64,000 bases of DNA, taken from assembly GCA_963762015.1 (NCBI GenBank), contig CAVXJL010000002.1, forward strand, positions 469,171 to 533,170, in the 5' to 3' direction. Source of the DNA: an uncultured Actinomycetota bacterium. GTDB taxonomy: Bacteria; Actinomycetota; UBA4738; HRBIN12. The notes below the pieces were generated by a model. The model was not told where the DNA came from. It searched no databases and worked only from the letters and a program-made list of their open reading frames with translations. A program made the position numbers and the translations under genes. Of this stretch, positions 24,617-31,734 are shown piece by piece (the stretch's first letter is position 1; every line of letters starts with the position of its first letter).

Positions 24617-25555
24617 ATGGGAACGGTCCTGCTCGCGGCTCCTCGGGGCTACTGCGCAGGGGTCGAGCGAGCCGTGGATGCGGTCGAGCGAGCCCTCGAG
24701 ATGCATGGAGGGCCCGTCTACGTTCGCAAGCAGATCGTGCACAACCTCCACGTCGTGCGCGACCTGGAGCGCAAAGGGGCCGTTTTCGTCGACGAGCTCG
24801 ACGAGGTGCCCGGGGCGGCGGTCGTGGTCCTTTCCGCTCACGGCTCGTCGCCGACGGTCCACGCCGAGGCGAGGTCTCGCGGGCTGGAGCTCATCGACGC
24901 GACGTGTCCTCTGGTCACCAAGGTCCACCTCGAGGCGCGACGTTTCGCCGAGGAGGACCAGACCATCCTCCTGATCGGCCACGCAGGACACGAAGAGGTC
25001 GAAGGCACGAGCGGGCAGGCGCCCGACAGGACCATCCTGGTGCAGTCGATCGAGGAGGCCGAGCGCGTGGAGGTGCCCGATCCCCGCCGCCTCTCCTACC
25101 TCACCCAGACCACGCTGTCGGTCGATGAGACGAACGAGATCGTGGGTGTCCTTCGAGGTCGCTTCCCCGAGATCCAGGGTCCCCCTCGTGAGGACATCTG
25201 CTACGCAACGCAGAATCGCCAGGACGCCGTGAAGGAGGTCGTCCGTCGGGCCGACGTCGTGCTCGTGATCGGCTCCCGGAACTCCTCCAACTCGAATCGG
25301 CTTGCCGAGGTGAGCCGAGAGAGAGGAACGCCTGCCTATCTGGTGGATGACGAAACGGAAGTCGATCCGTCCTGGCTCGACGGCGCCGAGGTCGTCGGGC
25401 TCACATCCGGTGCATCGGCGCCGGAGGTACTGGTGACCCGGATGCTCGAGTGGCTGGCGGTCCGAGGCTTCGATCGCCTGGAACAGGCGTTGATCACCGA
25501 GGAGAGCGTCCGGTTCGCGCTCCCCGCCGGCGTCCGGTCTACGACCACGAGCTGA
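24617..25555 (+). CDS. ispH: 4-hydroxy-3-methylbut-2-enyl diphosphate reductase
   Basis: 312 aa. LLAAPRGYCAGVERAV, IDATCPLVTKVH, GHAGHEEVEG and ICYATQNRQ are the three Cys ligands and conserved IspH/LytB motifs. Confidence 0.93.
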   Translation: MGTVLLAAPRGYCAGVERAVDAVERALEMHGGPVYVRKQIVHNLHVVRDLERKGAVFVDELDEVPGAAVVVLSAHGSSPTVHAEARSRGLELIDATCPLVTKVHLEARRFAEEDQTILLIGHAGHEEVEGTSGQAPDRTILVQSIEEAERVEVPDPRRLSYLTQTTLSVDETNEIVGVLRGRFPEIQGPPREDICYATQNRQDAVKEVVRRADVVLVIGSRNSSNSNRLAEVSRERGTPAYLVDDETEVDPSWLDGAEVVGLTSGASAPEVLVTRMLEWLAVRGFDRLEQALITEESVRFALPAGVRSTTTS

Positions 25556-26090
25556 ACTGGTCTCGGTCCTCCTCGGGCTCCTCGTAGTCAACGGAGACCA
25601 GCGTGCTGGTCGACCGAACCCCGGGGAGCGCGTGGATCTTGTCGAGCACGATGGCGGAGGCGACCTCCCAGGGCTCCGGGATGCAGGCCATCAGATCCCA
25701 GCGGCCGCCCAGCACCGCGGCGCCGGACACGCCGCCGATCTCGGAGAGGCGCTCGTAGAGGCCCGCCGCAGCTCCCGCGTCGGCCTCGATGTGGACGTAG
25801 CACGCCCCCCGGATGATCTGCGGGGTCGGCAGGCCTCCGAAGCCCACCACGCCGAGACGATCCGGCGGCACCACGGGCGCGGTGAGCGTGCGCTCGACAC
25901 CCTCGATCGTCTGGAGCTCCGACAGCACGCCGGTCGCGACCGTCGCGAGGTCGGGTCCGTCGATCAGGCAGAGGACGTCCCAGTTCCCGACCACCACGAC
26001 GGATCGGCGCGCCGTCGCGGTGGAAGTGAGCCGGTTCCGGACGGGTCCGATGCTGCCGGGCCGAACCCGCAGGTAGACGAACGCTTCCAT
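25539..26090 (-). CDS. Protein of two tandem Lrp/AsnC-type ligand-binding (RAM) domains, no HTH
   Basis: 183 aa made of two similar halves: MEAFVYLRVRPGS...VVVVGNWDVLCLIDG...IEGVERTLT and ACYVHIEADAG...AVLGGRWDLMACIPE...LPGVRSTSTLV. No DNA-binding N-domain is visible. The gene overlaps the ispH 3' end convergently by 17 nt. Confidence 0.6.
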   Translation of the reverse strand: MEAFVYLRVRPGSIGPVRNRLTSTATARRSVVVVGNWDVLCLIDGPDLATVATGVLSELQTIEGVERTLTAPVVPPDRLGVVGFGGLPTPQIIRGACYVHIEADAGAAAGLYERLSEIGGVSGAAVLGGRWDLMACIPEPWEVASAIVLDKIHALPGVRSTSTLVSVDYEEPEEDRDQFSSWS

Positions 26091-26144
26091 GAGAGGAGGC
26101 TAGGCCAGCCCCCCAAACCGAACAAGCACCGAACAAGGATCGCG

Positions 26145-27335
26145 TTACCCCTGTGCGGGGACGGGCGCCCGCGTGAGGGCGGCGAGCTCTTCTTCGCCTT
26201 CCTCCGGGCCGACGGAGATCACCCGATCGCCCTCTTGGAACGAGAACCCGGAGCGGGGGCGATAGATCCAGCGAGAACCGCGCTGCACCGCAAGCACGAA
26301 CATGCCGGTCTCCGTCTCCACGCGGAGCTCCTTGAGCGAGTGCCCTGTGGCCTGCGAGCCTCGCTCCACCACCACCTCCGAGCTCGTCTCTTCCGTCTCC
26401 TCGAGGGCGAGCTGCACGACGGGATGGAGAGGCTCGCCTTGCTCGACGTACCAGGTCATGTCGCGGGCGGCGTCGCAGACGTACTCGGATGCGGCGCCCA
26501 GGCGGAGGAGTCCGCGCAGGGCGTCGGGATCGCGAGCCTCGGGCGCCGCACGAAGGACCCAGGATTCGAGCTCGTCGTGCAGGATGTCCGACCGTGCCTC
26601 GAGGGTGCCGACCTCGGCCGCGAGCGATCGGTTGTTGAACAGGAGTGCGGAGTACGCCAATCCGACGGCGGCCTCGGCGAGGTCCTTCAGCTCCACGAGG
26701 ATGTCCACCGCTCGGTCCAGCTCCGAGAGGGGAGGCGACTCCTCACCGGATGTCTCCGGGAGCGGCGGGGCGCCCGCCAGCTCGCGGACGTGGTTCACCC
26801 CTTCTTCGGGGCCCCGGATCAGCAGCACGTCACCGGCGGAGAGCACGTCCTCGGCGCCGGGATCGAACCGCCAGTCCATGCCGCTTCGGATGGCGACCAC
26901 CCACATCCCCGATTCTGTTGGCAGCGACAGATCGCGGAGCGAGCGGCCGGCTGCGGGCGCGTCGTCGCGGATCTTGATCCTCGCCGTCATCTCATCTGCG
27001 TGGCGGAGGTCCTGGCGGAGTGCGTCCGGGATCCCGAGCCGGGCCGCGACGACGCGCGCGATGTCGGAGGCCGCGTCACCCACGCGCTCGATCGCGTGCG
27101 CGATCCACAGCACGCCGGCCATCCCTTCAGCGTCCTCGGGGCTGCGAGCCGCGAGCATCGCCGTGATCCGGAGGCGACGGAGGTGCTCGCTCATCCGCTG
27201 CTCGAGCCGCTCCACCTCCTGCGCGAGCTTCTCTTCGTTGAAGAAGACGGCCGCATAGGCCAGGTCGACCATGAGCTCCGAGGCGTCTTTCAGCTCGACC
27301 AGGAGGTCCTTGACGTTGCGAGGTTGGTCATCCAT
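26145..27335 (-). CDS. Regulatory protein with two [PhoU-like helical + TrkA-C] modules
   Basis: The internal ATG at 27335 gives MDDQPRNVKDLLVELKDASELMVDLAYAAVFF...ERVGDAASDIA...GRSLRDLSLPTESGMWVVAIRSG...GDVLLIRGPEEG. A second copy of the same arrangement follows. The upstream 243 codons of the track ORF are Arg/Gly/Pro junk. Confidence 0.75.
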   Translation of the reverse strand: MDDQPRNVKDLLVELKDASELMVDLAYAAVFFNEEKLAQEVERLEQRMSEHLRRLRITAMLAARSPEDAEGMAGVLWIAHAIERVGDAASDIARVVAARLGIPDALRQDLRHADEMTARIKIRDDAPAAGRSLRDLSLPTESGMWVVAIRSGMDWRFDPGAEDVLSAGDVLLIRGPEEGVNHVRELAGAPPLPETSGEESPPLSELDRAVDILVELKDLAEAAVGLAYSALLFNNRSLAAEVGTLEARSDILHDELESWVLRAAPEARDPDALRGLLRLGAASEYVCDAARDMTWYVEQGEPLHPVVQLALEETEETSSEVVVERGSQATGHSLKELRVETETGMFVLAVQRGSRWIYRPRSGFSFQEGDRVISVGPEEGEEELAALTRAPVPAQG

Positions 27336-28591
27336 CACGGGAGTACTCCAGATGTTCTCATGACGAGCAGGATGGCCGCTACGCCGGCAAGGTCCAGGAG
27401 CGACGTGATGAAGGGAACGCCCTGGTTGTCCGGGTCGATCCCGAAGCGTGCGGTGAGCACGGCCGTGTAGTAGCCGACCACCAACGTGATCGGCAGCACG
27501 ATCGCTCCGGCGAACAACGTGGCTCCGATCAGCAGGGCGGGCGACGGGTCTGGACCCTCGGTCAGGGTGGAGAGGGCCCATGCGACGGCGCCGATCGCGG
27601 TGAACACGAGCACGCCAAGAGAGATGACGATGGCACCGTCGACGACGGCCGGGATCTCGGGTCGTCCCCGAGGTGTGATGACACCGAGTTGGAGCTTGGA
27701 GGACAGGCGCGACGAGAGGATCCCTCCGAGTGCCCCCGCCTGCGAGACGAACGGGGGGATCAAGATCAGCACGGCCGTGGCCGCTTGGAGTTCGCCTCGA
27801 TGCGCCTCGAGCAGAGCTCCCGCGAAGATGTCGAGCAGCGGGGCGAGCGCGACGACCGCGGCCATCTCCAGGAGGATCCGGCGCACCTCCACCTCCACGA
27901 AGAATGCCGCGATCAAGGCGGCGGCGGTCGCGGCCGTGCAGAGCGCGGCGGCGACCGCGCTCACGGTGGGGTTGCCGACCAGGAGGGTCGCGAGGAACAG
28001 ACACGGAAGCGTCACCATGTCGCCGATCGCTGTGACCATCGGGGTGGAAACGGCGTCCAGGTCCCACCCTTTCCGGAAGGACAGGACGGCGATCCCGACG
28101 GTGAACATGAGCGCGATCAACGACGCGAGGACGCCGCCCACGACCGAGATCGTCACGAGGTCCCAGAAGGAGATCACCACCTCGTCCGCGAACGCGGACG
28201 CCACGAGCTTCGCGACGGCGGCGAGATAGAACGACGTCAGCAGCGCCGAGAGGATCCCGACGACGGCGTTGCGGGCGAGGAGGCTCCCTCGCCGGAGGGT
28301 GGGCTCGAAGATGCCGGCGGCGACGCCGGTACCGAAGCGAGCGCCCATCGCGCCGAAGATCGTGCCTCGCATACCCACCGACGCAGGGATCAGCACGAGG
28401 AGCCCGGGGAGCTTCTCGAGGGTGCCCGTGATCGAACCGAGGACGAGTCCGGCCACGAACCCCGCGCAGGTGCTCAGCACGAGGGCGACGGCTCCTTGTC
28501 GGAGGGTGCGGCGTTCCGAGCGCCAGTAGCCGAACAGTCGACGGGCGCGGCGCGCGAGGCGGGCGGGCGCCGCGCTGAGGCGCTCAGCCAT
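27335..28591 (-). CDS. MgtE/SLC41-like divalent cation transporter membrane protein (two MgtE membrane repeats, no cytosolic MgtE N/CBS domains)
   Basis: 418 aa, about 10 TM. The MgtE pore motif is duplicated: GWDLDAVSTPMVTAIGDMVTL and GIDPDNQGVPFITSLLDLAGV. The stop overlaps the start of the PhoU/TrkA-C gene by 1 nt (TGATG). Confidence 0.8.
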   Translation of the reverse strand: MAERLSAAPARLARRARRLFGYWRSERRTLRQGAVALVLSTCAGFVAGLVLGSITGTLEKLPGLLVLIPASVGMRGTIFGAMGARFGTGVAAGIFEPTLRRGSLLARNAVVGILSALLTSFYLAAVAKLVASAFADEVVISFWDLVTISVVGGVLASLIALMFTVGIAVLSFRKGWDLDAVSTPMVTAIGDMVTLPCLFLATLLVGNPTVSAVAAALCTAATAAALIAAFFVEVEVRRILLEMAAVVALAPLLDIFAGALLEAHRGELQAATAVLILIPPFVSQAGALGGILSSRLSSKLQLGVITPRGRPEIPAVVDGAIVISLGVLVFTAIGAVAWALSTLTEGPDPSPALLIGATLFAGAIVLPITLVVGYYTAVLTARFGIDPDNQGVPFITSLLDLAGVAAILLVMRTSGVLP

Positions 28592-28787
28592 CGGAGCTCA
28601 CCCCGGAAGGTTCGGTCAGGCGCCCGTCCGCCTCGCGCGCACGCGAGGGTTGCCCGGCGCACCGGGTTCGGAGGAGCTCGTCGGTCGCACGGCTCCACGG
28701 GGACATAAGGGCACCGTCATCGTCATGTCACTGCTGGAGAAGTTGTGCCGGGACGCGTCGGCGCCCCGCGCAGTATAGGCCCGAGGC

Positions 28788-29771
28788 TCAGGCGGTCTCG
28801 TCCTCGACCCAGTCACGCGTCACGTACAACCAGAACGCGAGCCCGGCGTACTCGCCGTAGGGACGGAACCGGCGCTCGATCTGCGGATCGGGCACCGGCC
28901 GCTTCTTCCCCGCCAGTCGCGTGTACTTGGGCCTCGTCCAGGAATCGAGGATCAGTCGGGAGTGCCGTCCGAGCGTCATCATGATGTGGGCCGCCGCGTA
29001 TGGCCCGACGCCGGGGAGGGCAAGGAGCTCCGCCTCGAGGTCGGCATCGGGCAGCGTCGCAGGTGTCGCCCTCGCGAACGTCTCGAGATCCAGCTCGCCG
29101 TCCGCGACGGTCTTCGCCAGCCCCCTGAGGTACGCCGCCCGGTATCCCGCCCTGACCACGTCTCGATAGAGGGACTCGGGAGCGGCGGCCATCGCCGCGG
29201 GCGTCGGGAACGCGTTCGAGAGCGGCCCGTCGCCTCCGAGCGCCGGGTCGCCGAGATGCGTCACGAGCGCGTCCACCATCCGAACCGTCGCGCTCCACGC
29301 GCAATTGGTGGTGCACACCGTTTTCACGACGTCCTCGAACACCGTGGGGGAGCGGAGCATCCGGCCGGCGCCGCGAGCCGCCCAGGCCAGATCGGGATCC
29401 TCTGCCGCTCGGACGTAGAACGGCGACAGGTCTTGATCGAGCCGCAGGACGTGCGCCGTACCCTCGAGGACGGCGCGAAGGACCTTCGGACCGGGCCGCG
29501 CGCCGAGCACGTCCAGGCGGGCGTGAGGGATCCGGGCTCGGTTCGCTCGCGCTCGTGCGTGCTCGCCCTCGGACACGCGCACCCTGCGCGGTCGGCCACC
29601 GGGAATGCGAACGGTGAAGGCGAGCGATCGCTCCTCCTCGTCCAGGACGGTGGGCGAGAGCCCTGCGAACCCATGGGAGATCAGTGTTCGCCACAGGTCG
29701 ACCGGCTCGCCGCCGGGAGCGCGCAGCTCGAGCTCGAGCGTCGTCGTCTTTCTCGTCATCTCGCTCGTCAT
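28788..29771 (-). CDS. HhH-GPD superfamily DNA glycosylase (AlkA-like 3-methyladenine glycosylase II)
   Basis: The ATG at 29771 gives MTSEMTRK.... LLALPGVGPYAAAHIMM is the helix-hairpin-helix GPD motif, followed by the conserved Asp region (LILDSW). This gene is the 3' third of the fused 661-aa track ORF. Confidence 0.75.
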   Translation of the reverse strand: MTSEMTRKTTTLELELRAPGGEPVDLWRTLISHGFAGLSPTVLDEEERSLAFTVRIPGGRPRRVRVSEGEHARARANRARIPHARLDVLGARPGPKVLRAVLEGTAHVLRLDQDLSPFYVRAAEDPDLAWAARGAGRMLRSPTVFEDVVKTVCTTNCAWSATVRMVDALVTHLGDPALGGDGPLSNAFPTPAAMAAAPESLYRDVVRAGYRAAYLRGLAKTVADGELDLETFARATPATLPDADLEAELLALPGVGPYAAAHIMMTLGRHSRLILDSWTRPKYTRLAGKKRPVPDPQIERRFRPYGEYAGLAFWLYVTRDWVEDETA

Positions 29772-29790
29772 CGGCTCGTCGCCGGGCTCG

Positions 29791-30399
29791 TTATCGGGCC
29801 GCCTGCCGTTCGCGGAACGCCCGCACCTTGGCCCTGTTCCCGCACGACGCCATCGAGCACCACTTGCCGCTCTGATTCTTCGAGTGGTCGAAGAACACCG
29901 AGGAGCATCCCGGGTCGTGGCAGACACGGAACCGTTCCCATCGGCCGTCGAGCTCGGCGAGGAACGCCGCTCCCAGGATCCGACCGATCGCACCGCGGAC
30001 CCCGGTGGCATCGACGTGGATCGGGCTGTCGTCGCTGCAGCCGAAGCACACGCGCAGGCCGGTCTGCTCGGCGGCGCGGTTGAGGAACTCGGTCGCGGCC
30101 GGGTCGGTGGGCTCGCCCATGTTCTCTCGCACCTTCGAGGTGAGCGCGTCTCGGACGCGAAGCGCCCACGCCAGGTCCTGGTCCCTGACCGGGTCCTTCG
30201 CCTCGACCAGGGCTCTGGAGGTGAGCCACCATCGCAGGCTCTCGTGGGTCGGAGGCAGCCCGTCCGGGTTCCCCCGCTCGTGGTCGTGCAAGGACAGGAA
30301 TGCACGCACGATCTCGAGATCACCGGGGGCCGGAGGCGTTCCGTCCTCCGCGTGGACCGGCTGCGGAACGAGCCGTTCGGTCTCCATCGAGGGAGCCAT
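29791..30399 (-). CDS. CGNR zinc-finger domain protein (ABATE + zf-CGNR)
   Basis: 202 aa. The C-terminus RFRVCHDPGCSSVFFDHSKNQSGKWCSMASCGNRAKVRAFRERQ is the canonical CGNR zinc finger. Confidence 0.82.
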   Translation of the reverse strand: MAPSMETERLVPQPVHAEDGTPPAPGDLEIVRAFLSLHDHERGNPDGLPPTHESLRWWLTSRALVEAKDPVRDQDLAWALRVRDALTSKVRENMGEPTDPAATEFLNRAAEQTGLRVCFGCSDDSPIHVDATGVRGAIGRILGAAFLAELDGRWERFRVCHDPGCSSVFFDHSKNQSGKWCSMASCGNRAKVRAFRERQAAR

Positions 30400-30542
30400 C
30401 CTTCCTTGGGACCGCTGGGTGCCGGCCTGAAACCGCCGAACGGAAATTGCAGGTTACCCTGAAACCACCCCAGGTGCAATAGCCGGTTACACGCGCCGGC
30501 CGCCGCCCGAGACGTCGGTCCGGTCGCGCCTAGACTCGGCGC

Positions 30543-30833
30543 GTGCTGGCCTTCACCGACTGGGCGATCGAGATATTGACCCGGGCCGACGCAGCCGCTC
30601 GGCGATTCAACCCCGACGTTCGTCTGCGGATCGTCCGTGAGGCCGGCGGGGGCGTCCGCTTCGAGCTCACGGACGAAGCGGATCCCACCGATCGTGTCGT
30701 CCAGCACGAGTCCGGATTCACCCTCTTCGTTCCGGACGGCTTGGAAGGCACGGTGGACGTGGTCGAGCCGCACGACCAGTTGATCCTTCGGTCGCCGGCA
30801 GACCCCGAACGGAGCTCGCGCCCGACGCCCTGA
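30543..30833 (+). CDS. Small HesB/IscA-fold-like protein lacking the Cys ligands
   Basis: 96 aa. LAFTDWAIEILTRADAAARRFNPDVRLRIV...GVRFELTDEADPTDRVVQHESGFTLFVPDGL has an IscA-like pattern, but there is no C-terminal CGC motif. It lies 40 nt upstream of cphB. Confidence 0.5.
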   Translation: MLAFTDWAIEILTRADAAARRFNPDVRLRIVREAGGGVRFELTDEADPTDRVVQHESGFTLFVPDGLEGTVDVVEPHDQLILRSPADPERSSRPTP

Positions 30834-30873
30834 CCTGCGAGGGAGTCAACGTGCGGCCGATACACTTGCCCCC

Positions 30874-31734
30874 ATGACGGACGCGGGTGCCCTTCAGGCG
30901 GTGGGTGGAGCAGGGCCCGTGATGGTGATCGGCGGGGCGGAAGACCGATTCCGCGACAAGGTGATCCTCGGGACGTTCGCGGAGCTGGCGGGCGGCACCG
31001 ACGGCCACGTCGTGGTGATCTCCACCGCCTCTTCCCTGGGAGAAGCCGCGGTCGATGCCTACCGCGAGCTGTTCCTCGGCCTCGGGATCGGACGCGTGAG
31101 CGGTATCCGTCCCGAGGAGCGAGCAGAAGCCGACGACCCCGCGGCCGTCCAACTACTGTCCGAGGCCACCGGCGTGTTCCTCACGGGCGGGAACCAGTCC
31201 AGGTTGACGCAGGTGGTGGCGGGGACGCGCCTGGGCGACGCGATCTCGAACGCGCACGATCGCGGGGTCGCCCTCGCCGGTACGAGTGCCGGGGCGTCCG
31301 CCCTCGCCTCACACATGGTCGCCTTCGGCCGCGAGGGTCCCACCCCGAAGCATCGGATGGTGCATCTGGCCGCGGGGTTGGGGATCGTCCAGGGTGTCGT
31401 GATCGACCAGCACTTCGAGCAGCGAGGGCGGATCGGCCGGCTGCTGGCCCTCGTCGCGCAATCGCCGTCGCTCCTCGGCATCGGGATCGACGAGGACACC
31501 TGCGCGGTGGTGAACGGGGCACGCGAGCTGTACGTGATCGGTCGCGGCGCGGTCACCCTTGTCGACGGCTCGCACGTGAAGACCGATGCCTATCGCGGCA
31601 AGGGATATCGTCCCGTCATGGTGAGCGGCGCCATCCTGCACTCCCTGCCCTCGGGGTACCGGTTCGACCTGCGCGGTCGCGCGCTCCTCACGGGTCCGGA
31701 CGCCGCCCTCGAGGACGGGGAGGCGTCCACGTGA
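30874..31734 (+). CDS. cphB: Cyanophycinase (peptidase S51), apparently cytosolic
   Basis: 286 aa. VMVIGGAEDR..., VFLTGGNQSRL, and GTSAGASAL (nucleophile Ser) with downstream GIDEDT are cyanophycinase hallmarks. I see no signal peptide. Confidence 0.85.
   Translation: MTDAGALQAVGGAGPVMVIGGAEDRFRDKVILGTFAELAGGTDGHVVVISTASSLGEAAVDAYRELFLGLGIGRVSGIRPEERAEADDPAAVQLLSEATGVFLTGGNQSRLTQVVAGTRLGDAISNAHDRGVALAGTSAGASALASHMVAFGREGPTPKHRMVHLAAGLGIVQGVVIDQHFEQRGRIGRLLALVAQSPSLLGIGIDEDTCAVVNGARELYVIGRGAVTLVDGSHVKTDAYRGKGYRPVMVSGAILHSLPSGYRFDLRGRALLTGPDAALEDGEAST

Noticed and set aside
28788-30773. A single 661-aa ORF in the track that looks like one large protein.
   Set aside because: Only its last ~327 codons (from the ATG at 29771) are protein-like, forming the HhH-GPD glycosylase. 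The upstream part overlaps, out of frame, the well-supported CGNR zinc-finger gene (29791..30399) and the intergenic DNA beyond it.
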